From: Microcoleus sp.
Lineage (GTDB): Bacteria; Cyanobacteriota; Cyanobacteriia; Cyanobacteriales; Microcoleaceae
Length of the DNA stretch: 64,000 nucleotides
Direction: 5' to 3'
NCBI GenBank assembly: GCA_042408215.1
Contig: JAYFMW010000030.1
Location: 288,001-352,000 of the forward strand
Notes under the pieces: generated by a model
The model's database searches: none
The model's input: only the letters and a program-made list of their open reading frames with translations
What the model was told of the DNA's origin: nothing
Shown here: one piece after another, positions 10,904-22,242 of the stretch
Numbering within the stretch: position 1 is the stretch's first letter
Layout of the letters: each line of letters begins with the position of its first letter
Program-made: the position numbers and the translations under genes

Positions 10904-12187
10904 TCATTTTTTGTGCTTCAGGGTTTGTTGAATTTTTTCAATTAAATATTGCGATGAATCCTGCTGTTTTACGAGATTTTCCAACTCTGAAACTGCCACT
11001 TCTGCCTGCTTTATTTCTTTGGCGAAATAATCCGCAGTGGCAGTTTGTTTACTGCCAAACTGTTCTGTCATTCCGAGGTTTGGCTTGAAATCTTTGTCAG
11101 CTATTAATGCCTCCAATTCTAACAGCGCCATCTGGGCCGGCTCGATTTTTTGTGTCACGGATTTGGCTACATGAGCACCTCCTCTTGCTGCTTCCGTTAG
11201 TTCGTGAACGTGAAGTTTAAACCTGCTGGCTATTTGCTCCATTTGAGTCCCCAGTTCAAAAGTTTTACTCGCCAATCTCGCAATTTCCAGACTCACTTGA
11301 CTCAAACCGCTGGGTGGATTTCCTAATTGATTGGTAACTACTGCGACCTGTACGGCTAAATGCCTAACTTGTTCGATCGCTTCGCCGATGGTTCTGGAAG
11401 TGCGGTTAACCGTTTCCAAATCCTTAGCTATTGCTTTACCAACCCCTAAAATTCTCTCGGTATTATTGCAAATAGAATTAGCGCCCTGAAAAGTAGCTTG
11501 AAATGCGAGGCGACTTTCCGAGGAAATCAGCTTAGCAATCCGCACAAATCGCTGATTTAGTTGAGCAATTTCTTGAGCTTGTTTGGCGAGTGTGGCTTCC
11601 TGGGGGCTGGGAATATTATTCAACTTTTCGGCGAGGCGCTGCTTTGACTCTAACAACTGGCTGCATTGTTGCAATTTTGCTTGTTCTTGTTGAATTAGAG
11701 CGATAGATTTTTTTTTGTCTGTGCGATATTTTTGAATAATCTTGTTAGCTTGTGCTAAAATTTTCGATTGCGCCATCAGCAGAGTATGAAAGTCCAAAAG
11801 GCGGAGGCTCTGGTTTTCCATTACTACAATAATTGGTTCGTAGATCAGGTCTTTATGCCTGTTGAGAGCTGCTTGTACGGCCGCGTCTATTTTCCAGTTT
11901 TCCGAAAGCTGCAAAGGGGGAGTTCTCAGAAAATCTAAAAGCGCTCGAATCGGCTGCTGCCAATAAAGATCGACGCGATCGGGAAGAATCATTTGCTCTC
12001 GGAATTTGACGCGAGAAATCATGCCCAAAACCTGGGATTCGTGAGTAATAATGACACCAGGCAGATCGGGTTCTTGCCCAAATTTTTGGGCGACGACTTT
12101 TCCGGGAGTTGTAGAACTCACGCTGAAGTGGTGAGATGCCAGATGTCCGATTGTGAAATCGGGGGCGAGGTGAGTTGGATTGCTCAT
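10904..12187 (-). CDS. CBS-like N-terminus plus coiled-coil/MCP-signal-like protein
   Basis: LPGVII...GMISR...YEPIIV N-terminal module; QVRHLAVQVAV...EIARLA resembles a degenerate MCP hairpin. Confidence 0.65.
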   Translation of the reverse strand: MSNPTHLAPDFTIGHLASHHFSVSSTTPGKVVAQKFGQEPDLPGVIITHESQVLGMISRVKFREQMILPDRVDLYWQQPIRALLDFLRTPPLQLSENWKIDAAVQAALNRHKDLIYEPIIVVMENQSLRLLDFHTLLMAQSKILAQANKIIQKYRTDKKKSIALIQQEQAKLQQCSQLLESKQRLAEKLNNIPSPQEATLAKQAQEIAQLNQRFVRIAKLISSESRLAFQATFQGANSICNNTERILGVGKAIAKDLETVNRTSRTIGEAIEQVRHLAVQVAVVTNQLGNPPSGLSQVSLEIARLASKTFELGTQMEQIASRFKLHVHELTEAARGGAHVAKSVTQKIEPAQMALLELEALIADKDFKPNLGMTEQFGSKQTATADYFAKEIKQAEVAVSELENLVKQQDSSQYLIEKIQQTLKHKK

Positions 12188-12575
12188 TTACCCTGTTAGT
12201 GTTAAGGAGAAGTTAACAAATTATACATTGACATTATACCGGAATAAGATAGTTTAAATTAATCACAACTCTCAGGAAACATCAGTTCTCTTGCCCGTCC
12301 CCCTTGCCTTGCCTCCCTTGCCTCTGTTGGCTCCGTTCTGACCATCAAGCAATTTGGTCTCCTGCACCCAGATCGTAGTCGTGGAGACAGGGAAAAGCTC
12401 TGCATCGTTCCTAAGCCTGGCGAACGGCATCAGCCTTTTGAGTCATTCTCAAATCTCCAATCTCCAATCTCCAATCTCCAATCGGCTGACTATTTTAATC
12501 TCAAGTCTCAAGGAGCGCCCGCGCCTGCTGGACACCTGGTTACATCCCAAAAATACAGGTTTTGATGTCTTGTTC

Positions 12576-15155
12576 TTGAAAACAACGGGGAAAATACTTA
12601 GATTGAAACCAAAAACTTTAGATCGGACTTTACCTCTCGCCACCTTTGAGGCTGTTTACCATTTGTTGCGGCAAATGGCTGAACTCCCAGGGGCGATTTG
12701 GCTGGCTTCGGAGTCGATCGCTTTTGTGGAAAATATGGGAGAAAGCCCGTCAGAAAGGTTTGCCGTAGTGGTGTCCGATCGGTTTAGCGCGCTGCTGCGG
12801 GGCAAGCCATTATATGAGTTGGGAACAAACCAGCACCAAGAAAGTGAAAAAAATCATAATTTTCAATTGAATGTGGAATTGACTTTCGAGCCTGGGGCGA
12901 TCGCAATTTTCCTCTCCACCCTAGCCGACAAACTCGCAGAAATAAGGCCCCCATCTTCACTACCAATTGAGATAATCGCCCTCAAAGGAGCGATGCAAAA
13001 TATACAGCCCAATTCGGTAACAGTTCAAAGCGAATTTACCCTAAGTTTGCTGGAAATTTTGGCAGTTGAAGACAGTCCAAAAAGTCCACAGCCCGTCGCC
13101 GATCTTAAAACAAGAATTGGGTCACACCTCGTCGCAAAAATAATTGCTTCGGAAACCGGAGAACGCCATAGTAAAGAATCAGTTTCTCACTGGCAAATTC
13201 CCACTTCCTGTCTTCCATTCTGTCAGCCTGTGGAAGATGCTTTGCAACAGCAACTCGCACAGGAGCGACTTTTGAATCAGGTGACGACTCAGATCCGCAC
13301 AAGTTTGGAGTTGCCTGTAATTTTGTCAAAAGCAGTCGAGCAAGTGCGAGAGTTCTTGGATGTCGATCGCCTGTTGATTTATCAATTTGAAAAATTGCCA
13401 GTATCGGCTCAGGGCGAGTTAAGAAAAGGAAGCTTGGCATCGCTTTCTCAGTCTGAGGAAATCCCAGAAAATCCGGGCAATTCCCTGTATTTAGGTCGCG
13501 TTACTTACGAAGCTTTAGCCAGCAATGCTATCTCGTCTGTACTGAATTTTACAGAAGGCGCGCAATGTTTGCCGCAGGGAGTCATGGAGCGAGAAAAATA
13601 TCGCAAAGGTTTGACTTTTGCGATCGCGGATGTGGAAAAAACTTACTCTTCGCAGCCCTGTTTTTTAGAGTTGATGCGGCGGGCGAAGGTGCGGGCTAAG
13701 TTAGTAGTCCCGATCGTAGTTCAAGAGGAATTGTGGGGGCTGCTAATTGCCCACCACTCTACTTGTCGGGAGTGGGAAGAAAGCAAAAAAACTTTTTTGC
13801 GGCAAATAGCAGAACATTTGGCGATCGCAATTTACCAAGCCGAACTTTATGCAGAAGTCCAGCAGCAAAAGCGCACCTTAGAACAGCGGGTAATTGAGGG
13901 CACGCGAGAACTTCGCGACGCCCTCGGCGCCGCCCAGTCAGCAAGCCTCGCCAAGAGCGAATTTTTGGCAGCTATGAGTCACGAATTGCGGACTCCCCTC
14001 ACCTGCGTAATCGGCATTTCCGACACGCTGCTGCGCTGGTCTTACGGCAAAGTTGGCAGTAAAGAAGTGCCGCTCGAAAAGCAGCGGAAGTACCTGCAAA
14101 CTATTCGCGATAGTGGCGATCATTTGTTAGAATTAATTAACGATATTTTGGATTTATCCCAAGTAGAAGCCGGAAAAGCAGTCTTAAAAATTAGCGAATT
14201 TTCCCTCTCTAAATTAGCGTCTCAAAGTCTGCACGCCCTCAAGGAAAAAGCTATTGCTAAAGGGGTGGAACTGCTCCAAGAACAGCGGATTAATCAAGAG
14301 TGCGATCGCTTCACCGCTGACCCGCGCCGCATCAGACAAATTCTCTTCAATCTTTTAGGAAATGCCATCAAATTTACTCCCGAAGGCGGGCGAGTCATCC
14401 TGCGAGTTTGGGTAACAGAAGATCAAACTCGAACCCCGATAGTGCGGCAGCCCGGTACTACATCCGCAGGAAGTATCGCTATTTTTCAAATCAAAGATAC
14501 GGGGATTGGAATTCGCGAAGATCAGCGATCGCTCTTGTTTCAAAAATTTCAGCAATTGGATTCCCCGTACCGTCGCGAATACGGCGGCACCGGTTTGGGA
14601 CTAGCATTAACTAAACAGTTAGTAGAACTCCACGGCGGCGCGATCGAAGTCAACTCTACAGTTGATGTCGGCTCTACTTTTACAGTTTTTATACCAATGC
14701 AAAATCTGCTCAAAGATGAATCCTCAAAATTTAAATATGAAAAATCAAATTCATCTTTGCCGCTGCATTCTTCCTCCTTGCGAGGTAGCCTCGTCCTGGT
14801 CGAAGAAGATGAAGAAACTGCTATGGTAATTTGCGATCTATTGACAGCAGCAGGACTTCAGGTGGTGTGGATGATTGAAGGTTCGGCGGCGGTCGAACAA
14901 ATTGAACTTTTGCAGCCTAATGCTGTGATTGTCGATATGCATTTACCGGGGATGAATGGCGGAGAAATAATTCAACAACTCCGCCAAAAAATAGCTACTC
15001 AAAATCTAAAAATTTTGGCTTTAACAGCTAATAAAATTTCAGCAGATCAAATATCTGTCGCGACGGGAGGAGCCCACGATTGTTTGGCAAAACCGATTCA
15101 CCCGCAGCAATTGCTCGACAAAATTATTGCTTTAATGGCTAATGGGAATGGGTAA
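12576..15155 (+). CDS. cikA: GAF-containing hybrid sensor histidine kinase, CikA-like
   Basis: [24 protein letters not shown] start, [10 protein letters not shown]-box, NAIKFT/DTGIG/GTGLGL, C-terminal REC; start uncertain (ORF open from 12354). Confidence 0.8.
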   Translation: MKTTGKILRLKPKTLDRTLPLATFEAVYHLLRQMAELPGAIWLASESIAFVENMGESPSERFAVVVSDRFSALLRGKPLYELGTNQHQESEKNHNFQLNVELTFEPGAIAIFLSTLADKLAEIRPPSSLPIEIIALKGAMQNIQPNSVTVQSEFTLSLLEILAVEDSPKSPQPVADLKTRIGSHLVAKIIASETGERHSKESVSHWQIPTSCLPFCQPVEDALQQQLAQERLLNQVTTQIRTSLELPVILSKAVEQVREFLDVDRLLIYQFEKLPVSAQGELRKGSLASLSQSEEIPENPGNSLYLGRVTYEALASNAISSVLNFTEGAQCLPQGVMEREKYRKGLTFAIADVEKTYSSQPCFLELMRRAKVRAKLVVPIVVQEELWGLLIAHHSTCREWEESKKTFLRQIAEHLAIAIYQAELYAEVQQQKRTLEQRVIEGTRELRDALGAAQSASLAKSEFLAAMSHELRTPLTCVIGISDTLLRWSYGKVGSKEVPLEKQRKYLQTIRDSGDHLLELINDILDLSQVEAGKAVLKISEFSLSKLASQSLHALKEKAIAKGVELLQEQRINQECDRFTADPRRIRQILFNLLGNAIKFTPEGGRVILRVWVTEDQTRTPIVRQPGTTSAGSIAIFQIKDTGIGIREDQRSLLFQKFQQLDSPYRREYGGTGLGLALTKQLVELHGGAIEVNSTVDVGSTFTVFIPMQNLLKDESSKFKYEKSNSSLPLHSSSLRGSLVLVEEDEETAMVICDLLTAAGLQVVWMIEGSAAVEQIELLQPNAVIVDMHLPGMNGGEIIQQLRQKIATQNLKILALTANKISADQISVATGGAHDCLAKPIHPQQLLDKIIALMANGNG

Positions 15156-15650
15156 TTGGGAATGGGTAATTGGGAATGGGTAATTGGGAATGGGTAATTG
15201 GGAATGGGTAATTGGGAATGGGTAATTGGGAATGGGTAATTGGTTATTCGCGCAGATTCTCAAACAGGTAATCATATCAATTCCGGTTGCACGAGCGACA
15301 TGATATAGAGGACACGGCAGTGCCGTGTCCCTACCGTGATTAATTGTAGGGACACGACTGTCTTGTCCCTGGCTGTGAGTAATATTAATTCCGATGCTAC
15401 TGGATTTGATATCAAAAGTTATTAATTGTAATATATTTGTTGTAATATATTTGTTGTAATATATTTGTTGTAATATATTTAATTTATAGGTGAGTTGATA
15501 TATGCTGTCATCTAAAATATTGTATAAAAGATTAGCCCAAAACCACAGATGTATTAATTCCCAATGCCCGATGCCCGATCCCCGATGCCCAATTCCCAAT
15601 TCCCAATTCCCGATGCCCAATTCCCAATTCCCAATTCCCAATTCCTAATT
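15141..15650. repeat. STRR tracts (GGGTAATTGGGAAT, AATTCCC) enclosing a TNA-duplicating MITE at 15275-15411
   Basis: Tandem units seen directly; MITE TIRs flanked by TCA at 15272-15274 and 15412-15414. Confidence 0.85.
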
Positions 15651-15654
15651 CTTT

Positions 15655-16329
15655 ATGATTAATTGTCAAATTCCTACAGGATTAATTGTTTCTTGTCAAG
15701 CACCTACTGACTCGCCGCTGCACGATCCGATCGTCATTGCTGCAATGGCTCGATCGGCTGTCAATCGAGGAGCCGCAGGGGTGCGAATTGATACTCCCAC
15801 GCACATTGCGGCAGTGCGAAAACAGATATCCGCCCCCATAATTGGGATTTGGAAGCAGCAATTGCCGGGATGCGAGATTTACATTACTCCTCGGTTTGAA
15901 GACGCGCGGGCGATCGCCGATTCTGGATCTGATATCATCGCTATTGACGCTACTCTCAGAAACCGTCCCGTAGCAGAACCAGATTTAAAGACATTAATTG
16001 CCCGAATTCACAACGAATTGGGCAAATTAGTCATGGCAGATGTAGATACAATAGAAGCTGCGATCGCGGCGGCAGAAGCTGGTGCAGATACGGTGGGAAC
16101 TACTCTTTTTGGATACACTGTCGAGACGCAAAATCTACGTCCACCCGGATTTGAATTGCTTGCTCAAATGGTGGAAAAACTCAAGGTTCCAGTTATCTGT
16201 GAAGGTGGCATAGCTAGCCCCGAAATGGCGAAAAAAGCATTAGATTTAGGAGCGACTGCTGTGGTGGTTGGCGCCGATATTACTGGAATTGATATCAAGG
16301 TGGCAGCATATATAGCCTTTCTCAGGTAA
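15655..16329 (+). CDS. nanE: N-acetylmannosamine-6-phosphate 2-epimerase
   Basis: [31 protein letters not shown] motifs. Confidence 0.93.
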   Translation: MINCQIPTGLIVSCQAPTDSPLHDPIVIAAMARSAVNRGAAGVRIDTPTHIAAVRKQISAPIIGIWKQQLPGCEIYITPRFEDARAIADSGSDIIAIDATLRNRPVAEPDLKTLIARIHNELGKLVMADVDTIEAAIAAAEAGADTVGTTLFGYTVETQNLRPPGFELLAQMVEKLKVPVICEGGIASPEMAKKALDLGATAVVVGADITGIDIKVAAYIAFLR

Positions 16330-16368
16330 ATCAAGTGCTCATGGGCTTAGGGCCTAGGGCCTAGGGCC

Positions 16369-16536
16369 TAGGGCGTGTTTTCAAACTACTGATTATGAAC
16401 CGAATCTCTCGAAGATCCCCCTCGCATCCCCCTTAAAAAGGGAGTAGGGTGTGAGTAGGAGTTGACGAAAGAGACTCTTTCTCCCCCCTTGTTAAGGGGG
16501 GCCGGGGGGGATCTTAGAGTTTGAAAACACGCCCTA
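16369..16536. mobile_element. MITE-like element, TIR TAGGGCGTGTTTTCAAACT, carrying the CCCCTTAA..AAGGG core
   Basis: 19-bp perfect inverted repeat; core nearly matches 4205-4306. Confidence 0.75.
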
Positions 16537-16742
16537 GGGCCTGGTCGGACAAAAGTATGATAACTATGTTTTGTGACTTTTAAACTTATCTTAATCTCAA
16601 AAAAACCCTGATTCCTTTGTCGATCGCCAGAATCTGTGTCTGATTTACTCTGTCTAGGGATAATTTATCGGTCATCGGTGAATTTTCCCGGATGGGAACC
16701 GCTTCAACCTGTTAGTTGAAAAAACAGAGTAGATTTAGTAAT

Positions 16743-18554
16743 ATGGCTAGTGACTTTTCTTTTAAATCTCAAGTCAAATTAGACAAAAATGGCTTGGATA
16801 ATACTGCACAGCGCCGCAGTCGATCGCTCCAAGTCATGGTTTTTATGCTGATAGTCACTACCTTAGTCACATTGCCCCTATTTCGTCTAGCCGAACTGCA
16901 ACTGGTACAGGGAGCTTATAACCGACAACGGGCAGAAAATAACCGGATTCGCCCAGTTTCAGTAGCAGCGAACCGCGGTCAAATTGTAGACCGGGGAAAC
17001 AAAATTTTGGCGGCCAACCGCAGCTCTCGATCGGTATATTTGTGGCCAAAAGAGCGATCGGCCCAGGAGTGGCAAAAAGCCGCCGCTACCCTCAGCCCCA
17101 TAGTAAACATCCCTGCCGCCGAAATTGTCAAAAAGATCGACCAGGCAGGCTATAAATCCGCCCTACCAGTGCGAATTAGTAAGGATATAGATGTTGGTAC
17201 TTTCGTCGCTTTGAAAGAACAAGCTAACACTTTGCGGGGAGTAGAAATTCGCGTAGAATCGAATCGCGACTATCCTAATCAGCAATTAGCATCCCATCTT
17301 TTGGGATACGTCGGTGAAGCTAGTTTAGATGAATTAAAAGCTAAGCCTGAATATCCGATGGGAATGATCGTCGGTAAAATGGGAGTTGAAAAATTAGTTA
17401 ATCCCACTTTAGAGGGTGTTTGGGGAAGCCGTTTGATTGAGGTAAATGCTAAGGGCGAAGACATCCAAGATTTAGGTGAACAAGAGCCTATTCCCGGCAA
17501 GTCTGTGCAGCTAACTTTAGATTTAAATATGCAGAAAACTGCTGAAAAAGCTTTGGGTAATCGCCTGGGTGCTGTTGTGGCGATCGATGTCAAAACCGGC
17601 GCTCTTTTAACAATGGCTAGTTGGCCGACATTTGACCCAAATATTTTCACCCGCAGGGTAAGTCAAAAAGAATGGGATCGGCTGCAAGGGCCAGAAAAAC
17701 CATTTTTAAATCGGGCTGTTCAAGGTTATCCAGTCGGTAGCACTTTTAAAATTGTCACTGCTATAGCGGGGATGGAGTCGGGTAAGTTTTCTCCTAGTTC
17801 GACTTTGGTAAGTTCTGCTTCAATTAACATCGGCGGAATTACCTTTAACGAACACAGCGCCGGTTACGGCGCGATCGGTTTCCGCGATGCTTTAGCCTAC
17901 AGCAGCAATACGTTTTTCTATCAAGTAGGCATGGCTGCGGGGCCGGAACAAATGTCGAAATGGGCTAAGGAAATGGGGATTGGCGGCAGTATTAATTTAG
18001 GTCTTTTGGGGTTGGATGCGGCCAATCACGGTCAAGTTCCGACACCGGCAATGAAAAAGAAAATGTATGGGGAAGATTGGTATGTGGCCGATACAGTAAC
18101 AATGGCGATCGGTCAGGGTTTGGTACTTTGTACTCCCTTAGAATTGGCTGTGATGGTGTCAACTGTTGCTAATGGCGGTTATCGAGTTCAGCCGCATTTA
18201 TTGGCTTCTCAAACCAACACTCCTATTACCAAAAAAGTTCCCACAGGTATTAAGCCTGCAACTTTGAATGTCGTTCGCCAAGGATTGATTGACGTGGTGC
18301 TAAAAGGTACTGGCAGAGCCATGAATGATGGTACTATTCCTTTGAGTGGTGGCAAAACTGGGACGGTGGAAATGCCCGGCCATGCGGACAATTCTATGTA
18401 TGTGGGTTTTGCTCCTGCTGACAAACCGGAAGTGGCGATCGCAGTTATAGTTGAAGGCGGCGGATTTGGTGCTGTCTCGGCGGCACCAATTGCTCAGGAG
18501 GTATTCCGAACTTATTTCCAAAAGCAGGGTTTTAAACCTACTAAGAAGCCTTAA
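16743..18554 (+). CDS. mrdA: Penicillin-binding protein 2 (class B transpeptidase)
   Basis: RGQIVDR, GSTFK (SxxK), SSN (SxN), KTGT motifs; N-terminal TM. Confidence 0.93.
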   Translation: MASDFSFKSQVKLDKNGLDNTAQRRSRSLQVMVFMLIVTTLVTLPLFRLAELQLVQGAYNRQRAENNRIRPVSVAANRGQIVDRGNKILAANRSSRSVYLWPKERSAQEWQKAAATLSPIVNIPAAEIVKKIDQAGYKSALPVRISKDIDVGTFVALKEQANTLRGVEIRVESNRDYPNQQLASHLLGYVGEASLDELKAKPEYPMGMIVGKMGVEKLVNPTLEGVWGSRLIEVNAKGEDIQDLGEQEPIPGKSVQLTLDLNMQKTAEKALGNRLGAVVAIDVKTGALLTMASWPTFDPNIFTRRVSQKEWDRLQGPEKPFLNRAVQGYPVGSTFKIVTAIAGMESGKFSPSSTLVSSASINIGGITFNEHSAGYGAIGFRDALAYSSNTFFYQVGMAAGPEQMSKWAKEMGIGGSINLGLLGLDAANHGQVPTPAMKKKMYGEDWYVADTVTMAIGQGLVLCTPLELAVMVSTVANGGYRVQPHLLASQTNTPITKKVPTGIKPATLNVVRQGLIDVVLKGTGRAMNDGTIPLSGGKTGTVEMPGHADNSMYVGFAPADKPEVAIAVIVEGGGFGAVSAAPIAQEVFRTYFQKQGFKPTKKP

Positions 18555-18848
18555 TAGTCAGGAGTGAGTTGTTATTGGTTACTTGTTATTGGTTACTTGT
18601 TATTGGTTACTTGTTATTGGTTCGTGGTTGTTAGGTGTTATTGGTTACTGGTTGCATCGGAATAATATATTTGGATGATGTTAGTGCGAGCGGGACGCTC
18701 GCTACCCAAATCGCGAGGGTCCCGCTCGCACTACATAATTCCGATGCCACCAGATTTGATATTATTGGTTACTCGTTGATTGTTACCAATAACCAATAAC
18801 TAATAACCAATAACTAATAACCAATCACTACTAACCAATCACTACTAA

Positions 18849-19655
18849 CTAATTTCCAGTTCTATCCAAAATTATCATTTCCGAACCAATCACCGGACTT
18901 CTAGCTATTAGTTTTCCTTCCAGATTCAGAACTTCTAACTTACTAAAATCTAGTAAATTAGCTTCTTTAAACATTTGATTTACTAGCTGATTTTGCTCTG
19001 CTTCGCTGAGTCGGTACCAATCTTCAGCTAATTTCACTGTCAAAATGCTGCTGGAAAAATTAGCTTCAAACGACTTAACTAAACCGCCGCCAAGTCGATT
19101 CGTAATGTCAGCAACTTGATTTTGAATCCCAGCAATCAGAGACTGTTCCGGTGTCAGTGGTGGCGGCGAGGCAATTTCTACAGGTTTCGGTGCTGTCGGT
19201 GCTACTAAATCGGGTAAATTGCTTTTAAATTCGGTAGATTGTGGCGCTGAAGGTGAAACAATATCGGGCAAATTTGCCGGTGATTCGATCGCTATTTTAG
19301 CCGCTGGTTTTCCCGATAAAATATTCAGAGTTAAACCGACTGCAACGATCGCAATTGCTGCTATTGCTGCATTCAAAATTGGCTCGGATAGCTTCTGACT
19401 GAGGGATGCGGGCAAAATCGATCGCACTAGCTTCACAATACTTTGCCAAAGTAAACCGACTTTCTCTAAAAAACTGCCTTGAGTGCTTGTTGCTACAGAC
19501 TTACGATCGGATTTTACAGCAACTTTTGGTGTGGGAACGGCGTTAATTTCTGCTGCAACAGTTTCAGCAGTTGCAGACTTTGGGGCCGAGTCAATCTCCG
19601 GTGTTGGAGATTGAGACGGTTCTGGAGTTGGCTGGTTTGTTTGTTCTTCTGACAT
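18849..19655 (-). CDS. Conserved hypothetical single-TM cyanobacterial protein
   Basis: Pro-rich linker, LTPEQSLIA..WY.L...Q...LIARSPVIG C-terminal motif. Confidence 0.75.
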   Translation of the reverse strand: MSEEQTNQPTPEPSQSPTPEIDSAPKSATAETVAAEINAVPTPKVAVKSDRKSVATSTQGSFLEKVGLLWQSIVKLVRSILPASLSQKLSEPILNAAIAAIAIVAVGLTLNILSGKPAAKIAIESPANLPDIVSPSAPQSTEFKSNLPDLVAPTAPKPVEIASPPPLTPEQSLIAGIQNQVADITNRLGGGLVKSFEANFSSSILTVKLAEDWYRLSEAEQNQLVNQMFKEANLLDFSKLEVLNLEGKLIARSPVIGSEMIILDRTGN

Positions 19656-19743
19656 TTTTTCTGCCTCTGGGCCTTGCAAATATACTTAAATGGGATTAAT
19701 TTTAGTTGAGTTATCTCTGTCTTAATTTATCATTTTATTAGTT

Positions 19744-20679
19744 ATGAGCATCAAACGTCGTCACTTTTTGATTTTAGGCAGTCTCAGCAGCTTAGGTTTG
19801 GCGGGAATCTGGAAAATGTTTCAGCTTCAGACTTCCTGGGGTACAGACGCCAATGCTGCTGTGCCTCCTGGTGTTGAGGGAGAAAGGGCGATCGCGCCTT
19901 TACCCACCACACCACCTATTTTACGCTTTATGGCGATCGCAGACACAGGTACCGGTGCCCAGGGTCAGTATGCTGTGGCTGAGGCGATGACGCAATATCA
20001 CAAGCAAAACCCTTTTAATCTGGCTATTCTCGCCGGCGACAATATCTATAATAACGGCGAAATTGATAAAATTAATGCTGTTTTTGAGCGCCCTTATCAG
20101 TCGTTATTGCAGCAAGGCGTAAAATTTTATGCTTGTCTGGGAAATCACGATATCCGTACAGCTAACGGCGACCCGCAAGTTAAATATCCGGGTTTTAATA
20201 TGCAAGGTCGCTACTACACTTTTCGGCGCGATGACCTACAGTTTTTTGCTTTAGATACTAATGATAATGCGGCTTGGAAAAATCAGCTAATTTGGCTGGA
20301 AAAAGAGTTGAGTCAAAGCACAGCACCTTGGAAAGTTGTGTTCGGTCATCATCAAATTTATTCTTCTGGTATATACGGATTGAATCAACCTTTTATTAAG
20401 ACTTTAACGCCGATGTTTCAAAAGTACGGCGTGCAGCTTTATATCAATGGACACGAGCACAGTTATGAACGAACTCGATCGATTAATGGCACGACTTATC
20501 TAATTTGTGGTGCTGGCGGCGGTACTCGTCCGGTGGGCCGTTCTGAATGGACGGAGTATTCTGCTAGTCGCTTGAGTTTTGCGACGTTTGATGTTTATGA
20601 AGACCGGATGTTTGTGAGTGCGATTGGTACTGACAAGCGGGTTTTTGACCGGGGAGTGATTCAAGTGCGATCGGCTTAA
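19744..20679 (+). CDS. Calcineurin-like metallophosphoesterase with Tat-like signal
   Basis: KRRHFL, ADTG, GDNIY, GNHD, GHEH motifs. Confidence 0.92.
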   Translation: MSIKRRHFLILGSLSSLGLAGIWKMFQLQTSWGTDANAAVPPGVEGERAIAPLPTTPPILRFMAIADTGTGAQGQYAVAEAMTQYHKQNPFNLAILAGDNIYNNGEIDKINAVFERPYQSLLQQGVKFYACLGNHDIRTANGDPQVKYPGFNMQGRYYTFRRDDLQFFALDTNDNAAWKNQLIWLEKELSQSTAPWKVVFGHHQIYSSGIYGLNQPFIKTLTPMFQKYGVQLYINGHEHSYERTRSINGTTYLICGAGGGTRPVGRSEWTEYSASRLSFATFDVYEDRMFVSAIGTDKRVFDRGVIQVRSA

Positions 20680-20772
20680 TTCAGATTCTTTTTCCAGACA
20701 TATCAGATAAATAGAACTATGTCAAGCTGTCTTTGTTGGATATATTTAACTGCGACTTCATCTTAAATAAAT

Positions 20773-20871
20773 TAGGACTTCACGGGTGGTCAGAAACCGG
20801 GTTTATTCGTAGATTTCTCGTTAATAATCTTAGATTTTTCAGAGAAACCCGGTTTCTTTGCGTAAGTCCTA
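20773..20871. mobile_element. MITE, TIR (T/C)AGGACTTACGC family, 5-bp duplication
   Basis: taggactt...aagtccta with TAAAT on both sides; internal AAACCGGGTT/AAACCCGGTTT repeats. Confidence 0.75.
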
Positions 20872-20890
20872 TAAATATCAGCATTACCTC

Positions 20891-20919
20891 TTGACTTGAA
20901 CTAAAATTCAACGTACAAT
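20891..20919 (+). promoter_or_regulatory. Predicted sigma70-type promoter of the MTase gene
   Basis: TTGACT-17 bp-TACAAT; TTGAA-N6-TTCAA inverted repeat in the spacer. Confidence 0.5.
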
Positions 20920-20956
20920 GTATTGTTCTTTGATAGGTAGCATTAGAGGTATCTGA

Positions 20957-21829
20957 GTGAGCAATACGTCCGTAAGAGTAAAAACTAATCCGTTAGTAAG
21001 ACCTTTCTTGAAGTGGGCTGGAGGTAAAAGGCAATTATTGCCAGAAATTCTTAAGTATATTCCTAAGCATATAAATAAACATACATACTATGAGCCTTTT
21101 ATAGGTGGAGGCGCACTCTTGTTTGAGTTACAACCCCCAAAAGCTGCGATCAACGATCGCAACAAAGAACTCATTAACTGCTATGAAGTAATCCGAGACT
21201 CATTAGATGAGCTGATGCAGGAATTAAGCAAGGATAAATACAGCAATAGTGAAACGTCTTATTATAAGATGAGAGACTTAGATCGTTGTTCAAAAAAATA
21301 TGCAAAATTGTCTGAAGTGCAACAAGCAGCACGCATCATTTATCTAAATAAAACCTGCTATAATGGTTTGTTTAGGGTTAATTCTAAAGGTCAGTTTAAT
21401 GTTCCATTTGGCAGATATAAAAATCCAAATTTTTTAGATGACGCTGTTTTAAGCTCTGTAAACAAATACTTAAATAGCAATGATATCGCACTGTCCAACA
21501 AGGATTTTCAAGAAGCTGTTGAAGATGCCAAACAAGGAGATTTTGTTTATTTAGATCCTCCTTACGATCCTGTTTCGGAAACAGCTTCTTTTACTGGATA
21601 TGATGTGAATGGCTTTAATAGAAACGAACAATCACGACTCAAAAAAGTTTTTGACGATCTAACTCAAAGAGGTTGTAAGGTGATGATGAGTAATTCTTGT
21701 ACGGATTTTATTCTGGATTTGTACCAGGATTATCAGGTCAAAAAAGTTAGAGCTACGAGAAGTATCAACTCAAATGCCTTGAAAAGAGGTATGGTTAATG
21801 AAGTATTAGTTTTAAATTATGAAGTTTAG
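20957..21829 (+). CDS. Dam-family (D12 class) N6-adenine DNA methyltransferase
   Basis: LKWAGGK, EPFIGGGA, CYNGLFRVN..G.FNVPFG, YLDPPY. Confidence 0.95.
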   Translation: MSNTSVRVKTNPLVRPFLKWAGGKRQLLPEILKYIPKHINKHTYYEPFIGGGALLFELQPPKAAINDRNKELINCYEVIRDSLDELMQELSKDKYSNSETSYYKMRDLDRCSKKYAKLSEVQQAARIIYLNKTCYNGLFRVNSKGQFNVPFGRYKNPNFLDDAVLSSVNKYLNSNDIALSNKDFQEAVEDAKQGDFVYLDPPYDPVSETASFTGYDVNGFNRNEQSRLKKVFDDLTQRGCKVMMSNSCTDFILDLYQDYQVKKVRATRSINSNALKRGMVNEVLVLNYEV

Positions 21830-21871
21830 GATAAATAAATCAGTCCAGAACGCAAGTGTCACAACTGGTAA

Positions 21872-22231
21872 GGTGCGTCAGCTCCCAAACCCTCGATCAT
21901 CCGTTCATAATCAAAGTCTGACGCACCCTACAAGTTGATTGGACTGTGCCAGTTGCCTCTCGGTGCGTCAGCTCCCAAACCCTCGATCATCCGTTCATAA
22001 TCAAAGTCTGACGCACCCTACAAGTTGATTGGACTGTGCCAGTTGCCTCTCGGTGCGTCAGCTCCCAAACCCTCGATCATCCGTTCATAATCAAAGTCTG
22101 ACGCACCCTACAAGTTGATTGGACTGTGCCAGTTGCCTCTCGGTGCGTCAGCTCCCAAACCCTCGATCATCCGTTCATAATCAAAGTCTGACGCACCCTA
22201 CAAGTTGATTGGACTGTGCCAGTTGCCTCTC
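21872..22231. repeat. Tandem array of 4 identical 90-bp REP-containing units
   Basis: Units start at 21872, 21962, 22052, 22142; each has a GGTGCGTCAG...CTGACGCACC inverted repeat. Confidence 0.95.
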
Positions 22232-22242
22232 GGACTATAAAT

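Noticed and set aside
15132..15641. 169-aa minus ORF
   Set aside because: Translation of STRR and MITE sequence (GIGNWEL repeats).
21872..22231. 90-bp array as a CRISPR array
   Set aside because: All four units are identical; hairpins are REP-type.
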